A stretch of DNA of 64,000 nt from an uncultured Candidatus Bathyarchaeia archaeon. GTDB taxonomy: Archaea > Thermoproteota > Bathyarchaeia > Bathyarchaeales > Bathycorpusculaceae. Numbering within the stretch: position 1 is the first letter of the stretch; each line of letters opens with the position of its first letter. Of this stretch, positions 10,118 through 22,200 are shown piece by piece. The position numbers and the translations under genes were made by a program. The stretch is from contig CAYVGZ010000001.1 of assembly GCA_964450845.1 (NCBI GenBank), forward strand, positions 84,338 through 148,337, in the 5' to 3' direction. Under the pieces are notes generated by a model that saw only the letters and a list, made by a program, of their open reading frames with translations, did not search any database and was not told where the DNA came from.

Positions 10118-12337
10118 ATGTCTACTTTCAATTTTAACAGTAGCATAAAAGACATACAGAATAAAATGATTGCATCTACAATCAAGGAGGTTTCTAATTT
10201 AGAACTCCTTAGGTCTGAAGAAGCTATCAGAGACGTAATTAAATCTTATACTGATAGGTTTAGAGCAGTAGAGGGTATGCTAACTGATGTGTCTAAGTAT
10301 GTTGCTGTATCAAAAGAAGTTATACGTTTATCAGATTTTAATGACTTATTTGAAAGTTTGCACATAGATTTAACAGCCCTTTATAATGACTTAGATCTTG
10401 TTGACAGCGTTCTCACTTTAAATTTAAATAGAAATAAAAATTACTTTCTTGTTATTAAGAAACGAATGAGAGATCTATGGCAACGCTTAGAGCTTACTAG
10501 ATTACAAGTATACGATCTAGCTCCTGCAGATGAATCTTTTTATGAATCGTTTTATTCAGCAATTAACTCTACCTTTGTTTCAAATGTTAAGGTAGATAAA
10601 AAGAATGGCTTTCTAATACTTGATAGCAAGCGCAGAAGATTACTTAACGATAACCCTTATATTAAGAACGTTACTTCAACCACATATCCTGTTGAGAACG
10701 AAGACGGAGGGGTTCTATTCACAACCAGTCCACTTAATGATATAAACGAAAATTATAAAAATGGAACTAGAGACTTACTAAGTGATGGCTTATGGAAGGA
10801 ACAACTTCTTTGCAAAGATATTCCAGACATGGTTGTTGATATTGGATTAGACCAACCAAGAAATTATAGAGGAGTAGTCTCACTAGTAGATATAGAATAT
10901 ACCTATGCTGTTGAAATGAATCGCATTGATATAGATGTCTTTGGTGAAAAAGTTCTGGATATAGACTGTATCTTATATAAAAGCACAGACGATGACAAAT
11001 GGACTCCAGTTATATTTGAAGGAGAAGATCCAATGGAGGAGGCTAATCCAGTTATTGACCGTAAGTATAAGAGTGTTAGCGGTAGAGCATTTGATATTAT
11101 TTCATTTATTAACATACAAAAAATTCCAGTAAAGCATCTTAGAATAGTTTTTAATCAACAGAACTATTCTCTTCTTGATAGTGCAACTCTTCCTGAAAGA
11201 ACCTTAGAAGACCAAATTGAATTAGATCTTTCCGAACGTAGATACGAACTAGTAAAGTTTGATGCTAGCCTTGAACAAGAGCTAGCTACTCCAGTTAATG
11301 AAAACAATAGATCCCTGTATAGCAAGATTATTTCTATCATTGAATCAACTAGAAATATAGAGATTATCTTAGAAAAGATTAATAAAGTTCTTGTCCCAGA
11401 AGTTAAAACTATAACAACATCATATTCTAAGACTGCCTTGTTTGAAGTTGGTGCTTGGTCAATTGAACCAATGATTGAAGAGTATACAAGACTTCAAGGT
11501 AAATACGACTCAAAGTTATATCAGCTTAAGAATAAGACATTAATAGCAGCACAGATAAAAACAGACCAAATTGTTCCTAATGCTACAACGTGTAACTGGT
11601 ATTTAACAGTTAACGGCAAAGATATTCCCGTCGTAGAAAACGATCTATCGTGGAGGAAAGAACCATTTAATGTAGTAACATCTACTATTACTACTAGTGT
11701 TTTTTCTGACTGGCCTGGAACGTTTATACTATTAGACTTTCCAATAGATCCTCTTAGAGCAGATCAACTTGGGATATATGAGAATGGTAAATTCAATTAT
11801 GAGTTCTCAACTAAGATAGCATTCTTAAATTCTAGACTTATCTATTTACACGATTTGCCTAATCCTTTTAGAGCAGAGTATGTAGTAAGATACCCAATAG
11901 CTAAATATAACTGTGTTAGCATGTATGTTTTAAATTATAAAAATAACCAAAGTGTAATGCCATTATCACTAGGAATAGTAAGCGCTAGAAGAGATATATT
12001 AGAATCTTTTTGTAACAAAGCAGAGTATGGTACAGGTGGTAAAATTAGTACAGACTATACTATTGCTAGTTCCCTTTCGACTATAGAAGAAGCACAAACA
12101 TGGCTTGGCTCAGATTACTCTTCTTGTATCTTTATTGACGAAAGCATTAATGCAGGATTAAAGTTAACAGGAACAAATTTGCTATCTTCTATTGTCACAA
12201 CTAGTATTTCAAAGCTTAGTACGTCTCTTTCTGATGTTGAGACATATTATCAAGGTGGCGGAGTAGGCTCGTCTGATCTTGGAGCCCTAGCCCTTTTTCC
12301 AAACGTTGCCCCATTGGCTATTAAAAGGATTATATAA
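10118..12337 (+). CDS. Large virion structural protein with N-terminal helical region
   Basis: 739 aa; GAGG SD; helical N-terminus followed by beta-rich region. Confidence 0.6.
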   Translation: MSTFNFNSSIKDIQNKMIASTIKEVSNLELLRSEEAIRDVIKSYTDRFRAVEGMLTDVSKYVAVSKEVIRLSDFNDLFESLHIDLTALYNDLDLVDSVLTLNLNRNKNYFLVIKKRMRDLWQRLELTRLQVYDLAPADESFYESFYSAINSTFVSNVKVDKKNGFLILDSKRRRLLNDNPYIKNVTSTTYPVENEDGGVLFTTSPLNDINENYKNGTRDLLSDGLWKEQLLCKDIPDMVVDIGLDQPRNYRGVVSLVDIEYTYAVEMNRIDIDVFGEKVLDIDCILYKSTDDDKWTPVIFEGEDPMEEANPVIDRKYKSVSGRAFDIISFINIQKIPVKHLRIVFNQQNYSLLDSATLPERTLEDQIELDLSERRYELVKFDASLEQELATPVNENNRSLYSKIISIIESTRNIEIILEKINKVLVPEVKTITTSYSKTALFEVGAWSIEPMIEEYTRLQGKYDSKLYQLKNKTLIAAQIKTDQIVPNATTCNWYLTVNGKDIPVVENDLSWRKEPFNVVTSTITTSVFSDWPGTFILLDFPIDPLRADQLGIYENGKFNYEFSTKIAFLNSRLIYLHDLPNPFRAEYVVRYPIAKYNCVSMYVLNYKNNQSVMPLSLGIVSARRDILESFCNKAEYGTGGKISTDYTIASSLSTIEEAQTWLGSDYSSCIFIDESINAGLKLTGTNLLSSIVTTSISKLSTSLSDVETYYQGGGVGSSDLGALALFPNVAPLAIKRII

Positions 12338-13077
12338 TGGCTTATTTTGGACCAATACAAACTCTTAGGTTTATACCAGAATCATATCTCCCTACTGCGC
12401 CTTATATTCCTTCTCAGTTTAGTGCTGAGCCAGTTAGTCTTGATGCAACTAATTTTGAATATGAGTTGGATGAACTTGGACAAACATCGATCATAAGATT
12501 AGAAACAGATGGAAACATTCTAATTCCTTTTGTAGACTTAAATAAATATGATGCTGAAACTAAAGATTGGTTTTGGTATGACCTAACTGAAAATTTTCCT
12601 TATAGATATCTTAAGGCAACTAATAAGTTAGAAAACATGTACCCTAGTAATTACTCAGGACTAACTCCTACTGGTGTGTTTTATTTTGACAAAGATAATA
12701 TTCAGCTTAGAAGAGATGCTATCGCGTCTACTGGAGAAACCGTAGAGTTCTATAAATATTCTCCATTACTTTTAACTGTTAATAACGAAGCCTTTACCGA
12801 CCTATCTGATTATTCAAATTTTAAACCTAGTGATAGGTTAAACAAAGTTGATGTTATTGTTCCTGAATTTTACTACGACTTTGATTCTAGGATTTATACT
12901 AATAGAAATCTGGCGGGCATTGCTCCTACAAATGTTAAGATTCATTTCTTTAAGATATCGGACAACAAAGTTCAAGTTAAATGTAGACTGTCTACTAATC
13001 TAGGAACCGAAACCTATTATACTCCTAGAGTTAATAGCTTTATACTAAAGCTTAAAGGCCAATCGCTGAGGGTATAA
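12337..13077 (+). CDS. Hypothetical virion-module protein
   Basis: 246 aa; TAATG coupling at both ends. Confidence 0.6.
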   Translation: MAYFGPIQTLRFIPESYLPTAPYIPSQFSAEPVSLDATNFEYELDELGQTSIIRLETDGNILIPFVDLNKYDAETKDWFWYDLTENFPYRYLKATNKLENMYPSNYSGLTPTGVFYFDKDNIQLRRDAIASTGETVEFYKYSPLLLTVNNEAFTDLSDYSNFKPSDRLNKVDVIVPEFYYDFDSRIYTNRNLAGIAPTNVKIHFFKISDNKVQVKCRLSTNLGTETYYTPRVNSFILKLKGQSLRV

Positions 13078-14570
13078 TGGCAAATTTTTATAAACTTAAC
13101 AAAGACTATATTAAAACATTTGAGCTCAGAGTTCTTAATCGTTATAAAGACAAAGATAAACGATCTGAAACATCATTCTTTAAATCTTTACTTGAAGAAC
13201 TTAATGAGTTATTTAGAAAGTTTGGCGGCAGACTTGCATCAAAAAGAGATATACCAGACGCTACAGACTATCCAGACTCAGCTGTTTACAACAAACTAAT
13301 TAGTGACATTAGCTTAGATATAGACAAGTTATATAATGCTCAGAAGATTATTGAAAGCGATGTAAATAATCTTATGAACTTTAACTCTACTCAAAGATCT
13401 AAGATATTTGAAAGTCTTACTACCGCTCAGCAAGAAGTTTATTCTGCCTATATAAAATCAAAAAGAAATGCTATCGGTGGCGTAGAAGTTCCAGCAGGAA
13501 ATCCATTTACTAGTGCAGATAATAAGAGTCCTGAATCAGAAGATGTATATATAGATGAAACTAGAACCATTCTAACATTAGGATTTGATCCTCCTCAGGA
13601 TTTTAAAGATGTTGATATTAAAAATACAATGATATACTTTGCTGGAAAACTTCCAGAAAGACCAATTTATCCAGCAGGAGATACTCTTTCTGTAGGGTCT
13701 CATTGGAAGAAGTCAACCACTGATCCTCATTTCATTGACTCAGATGATATAAGCGCACTAGAAACATATAAGACAATGATGATTGATGATCCTAATAATA
13801 ATATTGGAGTAGGGTTCTGCGAGTTCGAGGCAGTTAGAACTAGGGCATATGGGCTTCCTTCTATTACTCGTAGAAGTGAACTAAGGGCATCGGTTGGAGA
13901 CTATGGTGTTCTATTTACTCCTGTTTTTTCCAGAACAAGATCAGAAAACTCTGCCGTTACAACTCTACGAGAATATATAGGGGAGAGATATGGTAAAGAT
14001 CCTGAAGTTGTTTATGTTGATATGGTAAATTCATTGCAGGGTCAGTATGTTGCTGCAGGATTTCCAATATATATTCAGAATGATAGTGTGCCTAAGTATA
14101 AGCTTGTGATTCCATTTACATCCAAAGTTCTAACTAATGAGATAGTTGTAGACTTAGCTGCTAATGCTGACGGCTTTATTCCAAAGATAAATTGGAGTGA
14201 ATCTAAAGTATTTAGTAATACTGGCGGAGCAGATGTTGCGTACGCTTTAATTCCTCCCGCTGACCCAGATTTTATTCCATCCAATGGAAAATATAGCTGT
14301 CATATTGTTAACTTTGTATACCCTACAAGAATGGAACTTGTACTGGAGTATAAAAGCGATTCTTTGATGTGGTCTCCTTTTGATTTCTATATGTCTCACT
14401 ATGTATACTCTGCCGAGAAGACATATGAGATGCCATATTATGATGGCGATGCCAAACTCAATATAGTTTTAAAAAAGAGCTATGATATATTCGTTGACGC
14501 TGAAGCCAATGATACTAAAGAACGAGCTAGGGCTTTAAATGTTCTAAGGTCCTCAAATAGGAGAAGCTAA
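13077..14570 (+). CDS. Virion structural protein with N-terminal helical region
   Basis: 497 aa; N-terminal YNKLISDISLDIDKLY motif paralogous to neighbours. Confidence 0.6.
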   Translation: MANFYKLNKDYIKTFELRVLNRYKDKDKRSETSFFKSLLEELNELFRKFGGRLASKRDIPDATDYPDSAVYNKLISDISLDIDKLYNAQKIIESDVNNLMNFNSTQRSKIFESLTTAQQEVYSAYIKSKRNAIGGVEVPAGNPFTSADNKSPESEDVYIDETRTILTLGFDPPQDFKDVDIKNTMIYFAGKLPERPIYPAGDTLSVGSHWKKSTTDPHFIDSDDISALETYKTMMIDDPNNNIGVGFCEFEAVRTRAYGLPSITRRSELRASVGDYGVLFTPVFSRTRSENSAVTTLREYIGERYGKDPEVVYVDMVNSLQGQYVAAGFPIYIQNDSVPKYKLVIPFTSKVLTNEIVVDLAANADGFIPKINWSESKVFSNTGGADVAYALIPPADPDFIPSNGKYSCHIVNFVYPTRMELVLEYKSDSLMWSPFDFYMSHYVYSAEKTYEMPYYDGDAKLNIVLKKSYDIFVDAEANDTKERARALNVLRSSNRRS

Positions 14571-17500
14571 TGATACCTAACCACGGATTTGCTCCAAAGG
14601 GCTATATACACCATAGACGAGGCTTTGCTGTCACTAGTTATAATGGAAGAGACATAGCATATATATTAAATGTAGAAGGTACAAACGATGATTTTAATCT
14701 AGTTATAGAGATAATGACTAGAGATGGTTCTAGCGACTTTAGAGAGACTTCTATTATTTATCCTGTAATTCCATATAGAATCAATATTGCTGATCCTAAA
14801 ATGTTGACTGTTTTAAATACAGGAAATGGGTTTGCTAATCAAAATGTTGACGGAAGTCCTATTTTTAATCCAGGTATGACTCTTACTTACAATGCTTTAA
14901 ATGTTACACAACCCTTTGGACTACTTACTCCACAGGGTAATATCCAAATAAATGTTACGAGAGACCAGCTAACAACTTTAAATCAAGATACTGCTCCTAA
15001 AGTTTGGAAAGTATGTAATAGTTCTACTACTATAGATTCTGCTACATTTATTAATCCAGGCGGATTAGTGTCTAATTTCAAATACAAAGCTAGAGATACT
15101 CGCGCAAGTATCTTAGTTCAAAATAATAATAACACTGATATTATATACTTGTCAGTTACTGCTACGGTTGTCATGACTGGATTCGAAGGTAGGGTTACAT
15201 ACTATGATAGTGAACCTACTAAAACTACTAGTGTAGAAAATGGTACATATAAGGTATACACATACAGCTTGCCAGTTCTGTTAAAGCTTGAGATAGATAG
15301 AACTAATATAGACTCTAAATATAATGGAGTTTGGTTGAAGCCTACTGCTTGGAGATATTTATTTCCATTAAAAGATAATATTACACCAATTTACGATTCA
15401 TCTGCAAATTTTACTGCAGATTCTTGGAACTGTGATATAATTCCAAGACGAAAAGTAATAGATTTACAAACATTTAATACAGCACCATTACCTGAATTTA
15501 CAGCAGTTCAGGCATACTATCTTCCAGTTGGTCTTGGTTGCATGTGGGATACTGTTTTAAATAAAGATAACGCTAGTCCTTCACTGGTAAGCCTAAGCGC
15601 AATTGGGTCTATAAGTGATTATACTGGTAAGAAAATACAGCCTGTTAAGTGGGTATTCTTTTCTCTTAGTAATATGTCTAATTTATTTAAGTATGAAGAT
15701 GATGGAGGCCTAATAGAGACTGTAACAGAGTTTACTCAGGTTAGTAGAATCTCAGGAGAGGCCAATCAGGGAAAGATGTTGTTTGCTGTATCTAAAGATA
15801 TTCTAGCTAGCTCGTATAGTAGAAGCACGTCTCTTTACTATTTTAATGATAATTATAATATGACTAATATGAATATTAGTAATGCGTCTGCTGCAAGTGT
15901 ATGTAAGAGCGGAGATACATTTGTGCTTGGCTGTGATAAAGTTTCTTCAAATGAGGAAGGCAATGTACTATTAAAGTGCCCTTCTTTTTCTGCAATGAGT
16001 GCTTGGAGAAATAGTAATACTGATTACAAAGATATTAGCTTATTAATAAACAATTCTTTAGGATTTACATATTTAGGATATACAATATACACTCATTTTC
16101 CTTTTTCAAAAAATATTTTTGAGATTGTTTCGCCAAATACTAAATATTACTTTAATGAAATAGAAGAAGATAAATCAATGATTAATTCTTCTTGGTCATG
16201 TTTAGCCAGGTTTATTAGAGAGCTCTATAATTCTACTATAGAATTTTCACTTATCTATTACTATTTTGGATCAGAATATAAGTTTGTTTATAACTATAGG
16301 GTTGATGGCGGCGGTAGCTTACCTGGTCTTACAACTCCGAAAGGCATATCTTCTTATGGCGATGATGGCGGCAGCGATACTGACTTTTTTAGATTTTATA
16401 TCCAAGATAACACATTAAAGATACAAAGCTTTGATACTCAACTTTTAAATATAGATGGAACTCCTAGTATTGGTTACTGGGCTAATCCTACGTTTGATAT
16501 TGGATATCAGGATGGGGCAGGAGTATTCATTACATTTATTCTAAGTAACTGTAGTGGAATTTTCAGGAAGGGAACGGGTGGACCAGAAGACTGGGACGCT
16601 AAGGCGGGAGGCGTCCTAGTCGATCCTGTTTATACAAGACCTGACATACAGTATAATTATGGCGGAAATCATTCTTTGTACTATGAATCTGGTGGTAGTG
16701 GATACTACTGGGCTACCATCAAATATCCTACATGGACTCTAAGCATGAAGTATAATGGTACTGAGCTTGTTCTTAATGACGGCCGCTCATGCTCATTTGT
16801 GGACTATACAACAGCTGGGCTAATGAGTATTCATACACATGTATATCTAGATCTAGAAGGAGTCTTAGACGCATCAAGTAGACCTTATACTGATCCTGAT
16901 TATGAACTTCTTAATGTAGAATATAATCTTACAATAAATACCCCAGATCTTATAGTAGCGAATGGAGTAGTTGATATAGATCCACCTAATCCAACAGCTA
17001 GCATTAGTCCATCAATAGATGTTTATAAAACTATTTCTGATACATTTAACTTTGATGTAAGTAGAGCCGAAGAAACAAGCATTAAAAATATAATTCCTGT
17101 TACTAATGATATTAATCAGACTGAGTTAAGTCCTTATCTTCTTGATAGTCCTCTTACTGGTACGCTAACTAGAACTATGTCTGGCCTAAATAAAGGAGAT
17201 TGGATATCATTCTTGTATACACCTCTTTATCAGAATTCAAGAGGTAGTCCAGTTGAATCAAGGCGTATTACATATGTCAAAGGCCACAAGTATCACTTAG
17301 AGAACGTTGAGATATGGGTAGATGGCTATGATAAAACAGCAGAGATTAGCGAAACTAGTACTGGCTGGCTTTATATTAAAACAGGTGGAAATATTTCTGT
17401 AGGAATAGTAGCAGATATTAAACACGAAGACTTTCCTAATGAAGCATATTCTACTCTTACAAATGTGTACCCTAAGATCGCTAAGACTTATATGATGGTT

Positions 17501-17848
17501 GTGCCTGCGACTTATCCTCCTAGGTCAGAAAGTGCTCTTGTACAAGGCAGGTTATTTACAACAGTATATGAAGAGATCCCTCCTGCAGGTTCGCCGCCAG
17601 CCTATCCTAATTGCGGATATACAATGGCTAATAGAATATATCAACGTTGGACAACAACTGATGCATTAAATAAGGCTAGTGGAGTGTATGGTGCTGTGGT
17701 TGAAATTACAGGTGAGACACTCACGGCTGCTGTTGATACCGATGGACAATATCATATATATCTTATTGTTGAGGATGAGTTTGAACAGAGATCAGCTTGG
17801 TGTATAACTAACATTGCTAAAAACTATAGAGTTCCATTTAGGGGATAA
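14570..17848 (+). CDS. Large beta-rich virion protein
   Basis: 1092 aa intact ORF; TAATG coupling; no enzyme motif recognised. Confidence 0.6.
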   Translation: MIPNHGFAPKGYIHHRRGFAVTSYNGRDIAYILNVEGTNDDFNLVIEIMTRDGSSDFRETSIIYPVIPYRINIADPKMLTVLNTGNGFANQNVDGSPIFNPGMTLTYNALNVTQPFGLLTPQGNIQINVTRDQLTTLNQDTAPKVWKVCNSSTTIDSATFINPGGLVSNFKYKARDTRASILVQNNNNTDIIYLSVTATVVMTGFEGRVTYYDSEPTKTTSVENGTYKVYTYSLPVLLKLEIDRTNIDSKYNGVWLKPTAWRYLFPLKDNITPIYDSSANFTADSWNCDIIPRRKVIDLQTFNTAPLPEFTAVQAYYLPVGLGCMWDTVLNKDNASPSLVSLSAIGSISDYTGKKIQPVKWVFFSLSNMSNLFKYEDDGGLIETVTEFTQVSRISGEANQGKMLFAVSKDILASSYSRSTSLYYFNDNYNMTNMNISNASAASVCKSGDTFVLGCDKVSSNEEGNVLLKCPSFSAMSAWRNSNTDYKDISLLINNSLGFTYLGYTIYTHFPFSKNIFEIVSPNTKYYFNEIEEDKSMINSSWSCLARFIRELYNSTIEFSLIYYYFGSEYKFVYNYRVDGGGSLPGLTTPKGISSYGDDGGSDTDFFRFYIQDNTLKIQSFDTQLLNIDGTPSIGYWANPTFDIGYQDGAGVFITFILSNCSGIFRKGTGGPEDWDAKAGGVLVDPVYTRPDIQYNYGGNHSLYYESGGSGYYWATIKYPTWTLSMKYNGTELVLNDGRSCSFVDYTTAGLMSIHTHVYLDLEGVLDASSRPYTDPDYELLNVEYNLTINTPDLIVANGVVDIDPPNPTASISPSIDVYKTISDTFNFDVSRAEETSIKNIIPVTNDINQTELSPYLLDSPLTGTLTRTMSGLNKGDWISFLYTPLYQNSRGSPVESRRITYVKGHKYHLENVEIWVDGYDKTAEISETSTGWLYIKTGGNISVGIVADIKHEDFPNEAYSTLTNVYPKIAKTYMMVVPATYPPRSESALVQGRLFTTVYEEIPPAGSPPAYPNCGYTMANRIYQRWTTTDALNKASGVYGAVVEITGETLTAAVDTDGQYHIYLIVEDEFEQRSAWCITNIAKNYRVPFRG

Positions 17849-17851
17849 CTA

Positions 17852-19231
17852 ATGGATTATATTATACTATCTACTTCTGCTGTGTCTGATGCTGGGCTTC
17901 AGATTGCTCCTACAGGATATGCTGATGCTGTAAGCTACATGAAGGTTTATAGTCCGAGTTCATATGAACTTAAACCTACAGAAAAGATTTCTATACTAAT
18001 TATTCCAGACAGCGTTGTTATAACTCCAACAGAAGCAAGCGGTTACTTAGCAGATCCAAATAAGACTAGTGATTCGTCAATAGGAATGTATATCTGGAGA
18101 TACACTAATTCAGATACTGTTACTACTCGTACAGACTTTCACGTCTTTCCTCTTGATAGGTCTTATGAAAACGTAAAATACGATCTATATTGGTTACAGG
18201 AACATGATGGCTCAGTCATATTTAATAGTAAAACTGCAGGGGTATATTCTTATCCCCATAATCTCCAGCCTCAAGAACTACGAATAGTTGCTGAGCTTAT
18301 TAATGATAACACTAGGATGAAGTATACATTATACTTTCCTGAAGTTAATAACTCTGGTTCTGTAGACTATGGTGTAGGAAACGCTCCTTATCTTTTAAAT
18401 ATAAGTTATACATATGGTACTGGAACTATAACTGGGTACTTTGGCGCAACAGAATATACATTTGAGAACTCAACAACTTACTTAGGATTTAATGCAGGGG
18501 AGCCAACCACAGGTATAACATTTAATCTTCCTTACTATGACCAGAGACAGGGCTGGAATCAGGTACCAGCACAATACACTTTTAGAGTTGGTTATAACTG
18601 CGCTGACCCATTAGTTACTGGCTCTTTGCCTTTAGTAATCCCAATTAATCACCAGACTCTTTCTGATAACCAGATAATAGATCTTGATTCATGGGTTACG
18701 ACTCACTTAGATGATAATAGGCTTAGAAAAATAGATGAAGTACATATTGAACGAGGAGTTATAGATAGAACTCGCTTATCTATTGGCGTGAAAGACATAG
18801 CAATTAAACAGAATACCTATAAGAAAAAAGGCGTGTATGTTTCAAATCAGTACTCTAGCGAGTTTCCAGTGTATACATTTTCTTTAAGAGTGGATGAATT
18901 TATTCCAGACTATGGCAGCGTTGCTAAGTATGATGCGGTTCAATACTTTATTGAATTTAATAGTAGACCATGGGTAAGAATCTCTCCAATGAATAGAAAT
19001 CTAGAAATAGATGCCGCTGGCAAGCCAGTTCCTAAGATGTTTGTATTTGATAAAGATCCTGGACAGGGAAGTGAGAGCATTAGCTTTCTAGATTATCAAG
19101 CACCTGTAAATATATTTAGACTTAAGATTGTGTTTGATTTATCTGGCGTGGAAGATAATCTTTTTATTCCACCTGAAATTAGAGATTATGAATGTATCAT
19201 CTTTGATAAGAATCAATTATTGGAGCTCTAA
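17852..19231 (+). CDS. Virion structural protein
   Basis: 459 aa; C-terminal beta domain pattern shared with neighbours. Confidence 0.6.
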   Translation: MDYIILSTSAVSDAGLQIAPTGYADAVSYMKVYSPSSYELKPTEKISILIIPDSVVITPTEASGYLADPNKTSDSSIGMYIWRYTNSDTVTTRTDFHVFPLDRSYENVKYDLYWLQEHDGSVIFNSKTAGVYSYPHNLQPQELRIVAELINDNTRMKYTLYFPEVNNSGSVDYGVGNAPYLLNISYTYGTGTITGYFGATEYTFENSTTYLGFNAGEPTTGITFNLPYYDQRQGWNQVPAQYTFRVGYNCADPLVTGSLPLVIPINHQTLSDNQIIDLDSWVTTHLDDNRLRKIDEVHIERGVIDRTRLSIGVKDIAIKQNTYKKKGVYVSNQYSSEFPVYTFSLRVDEFIPDYGSVAKYDAVQYFIEFNSRPWVRISPMNRNLEIDAAGKPVPKMFVFDKDPGQGSESISFLDYQAPVNIFRLKIVFDLSGVEDNLFIPPEIRDYECIIFDKNQLLEL

Positions 19232-19234
19232 GTA

Positions 19235-22200
19235 ATGGATTATAAAATTAATAATTTAAAAGATAAAGTCTATCAAGGATTTATTCGTGGAGAATATGGG
19301 TCTCCAAAGATTCCAAGCCCTAACGAAGTTCTAGAAAAAATAGAATCCTTTACAGACAGTTCATATACTCCTATAACTCCAAGAGATAGAATTAAAGATA
19401 TGAACTATGCCGCTATTAGCGGTAAATTTAATAGTATAATAGATGATATTGATATTCTATTTGAGTCTATAGAAGATGAATCTAGGGATGTTTTAGACCA
19501 GCTTACTGACTCGCTTAAAGAACATAATGGTGTTAAACGAGAGCTTAGAAGAATAAGGTCTCGCGCCAATGATATTATTACTAGGCACCTTGGAGAAGAA
19601 TATTTAGAATATAATTTTACGGAGAGCTTTGATGATGTAGAAAATATTAATGTGGTTTATAGTGATCCTATTGATACCGACGGTGGAGTTTTTACTATAC
19701 TGAGTAGCTCAAGCAATTTGCTGACTCTCAACCATTATAGAGATAAGAAGTTAGAGTTTAATGTAATAGAAGCATTCTCTAAGATAGAGGAATACGGATA
19801 CATAGGAGAAACAAATGCTGCATCTATTTTAAGCAAAGGCGATCCAAAAAGTATTACGTATAGAATTCGTACCGCTAGGCCTACTAGACTAAGAACAGTC
19901 TTAGCAATTCAGCTTCTTCCAGATGGTAAACCTATAGATATTAATGCAGTAGGAATAAGTCTGGACTCTAGTATGACTAAAGGTTTTCTTAGATTATATT
20001 ATCAACGAAACTTTCAATGGAAGGATGTTCCAGCTCTAAGCGTACAGGAAATCAAAGGCGACAATGTTGTATTTAGTTTTCCAACAGTTGAAGCAACACA
20101 TATTAAATTAGAATTTATAAAAGAGTTTCCTGATATTCCTTCTACAAATGAATACTTCTTTACTATCTATGAGTTAGCTATATCTAAGAGCTCTAATAGA
20201 CGTACAGCCCGCCTATATTCTAAACCAATCATTATTGAAAAATATAGCACAGAGACCCCAGTAGTTAATAATGTGTCATGTGTACTCGACGCTGATATTC
20301 CAGATGGATGTTCAGTTAAAGTATATGTAGCTCAAGACACTCCTTTGAGCGGACAATTCATAGATTCAAACGGTGTTCCTGTATTTTCTGATTCATTAGA
20401 AGCAGTTGGTTTTAATCCTGTTGCTACTGGATTTGTCTATCTGTCTGATATGTGGGCTAGGACTGGCATGTCTGGTTTAGATCCATATCGTGGATTTGAC
20501 TTCAATTGGAAAGAACTAAAACCAAGCATAGGGACAGGAGACTCGGTTCCAGAAGTAATAGAATTTAAAAATACAACCAAGCATAACATGCTTGATAATT
20601 CTTTGTTTAATGTTTCGGACTGGTACTTATTTGGTGATGCTGCATATACTGGTCTTTTGCCACAGTATCCAGAGTATGGAACTATATTTGTAAGTGGTTG
20701 GTGTAATAGCGATAATCCTCAATGGGCTCCATTTTTATCTGGTGCGGTAGCATCAGGATGGTTCGTATCTGGTGTAGACATAGCTGCGCTTTTACCCCCA
20801 TATCCTTTGCCATATGATATGATAGAAGACGACCAAGGAAATATTTATCCTGACATAACTGGGCATCCATTATATTCTGGCCAATGGCTTGGCTATGGAA
20901 ACGGATATCCATTTAATTATTATTTAGAAGACCAAGATAGAACTCTAAGATTTGGAGATTATACATCAGCAGTTAATGGATGGTGGAGGCCACTATCAGT
21001 AGCTGTAACTCCGAATGGAATAAATCCAGATTATAGTTCTGATGGATACTTAAACCACGACAGGTATGGCTACAGTCAGCCTGATTTTTATTTTAATGGA
21101 ATAAAATTTTATAAGATATATAAATTTGGATACACTAACAATGTAATAGACTCAAGTATCAGATTGTATTCATATGAGACTAGACCAGTAAGCAATTCAA
21201 ATGATTATTATGACCATAACTTTGTTTGGACATATAGATCAAACTGGAGTATAGAAGCTGGAACCGTGTTAGACTTAAAAGATATTAATCATTCATCCGA
21301 TCCAGACTTTACCAATTATGTTCTTACTCTACCGAAGCTTCAGAGTGTTGGAGATGAATATATTATTGATGGAATATCTGAAGTAAGATTGCATAACTCT
21401 TCAGTTGTATTTGAAAAAAATGTAGACTATATAATCATTAAAGATACACTTGGCAAACCAACTAGTATTTCTTTAGCTCCTCTAAATGAAAACTATAATC
21501 ATCTAACTCCATCTGATAGCTCTTTTGATATTGTATATAATTATCGAATAAAGAATAAATTCGTATCAACTTGGACTAGCTATGCTATAGTTTCTCCAAA
21601 TACAATGGGCGACGTTGTAGTTAAGAATCCTATTTTATATTCAACTTCTACTCTAAAGAAAAGAATTGTTAGTAAGATTGTAGTAGAAGACTTAGATAAG
21701 AATACTATAACAGAGTTCTTTGATAGCGATGGTAAGATAACATTCCGAATGGACGGCTCTGATTCTTCTACTGATAGGCACTTTAAAGTTACTATATACT
21801 GCGCTAGTGATGATAATAGTGGTTTCGTTGGTAAAACTACATCAAGTAAGGCTACTTATTTTATACCAAGCGAGCTTCGCGGAAACATAGAAGTCTCTAA
21901 AGGTGTCAGATTTGTGGCTAAGCTAGAGGCTATTAAGATAGTAGATCTGAGTACGTTGTTATATGATACTCCAATGTCTAATGATAAACGTTGCGCACTA
22001 ATAACAGAGTTCAATGGTGAAAAGTATCTTGTAGCTAAGACTCCTTCTAAAGATATCTTTCCTGGTTATTACTTTGATTCAATTAGTGGATTCTATTTTA
22101 CAGATACCCGTGTTTTAATTAGAAATAAGAGCCACTTTATCAGAAAAACGGAATCAGCTACTGGCTCAACTACCTTTACAACAGGTTCTTCTGGAACATA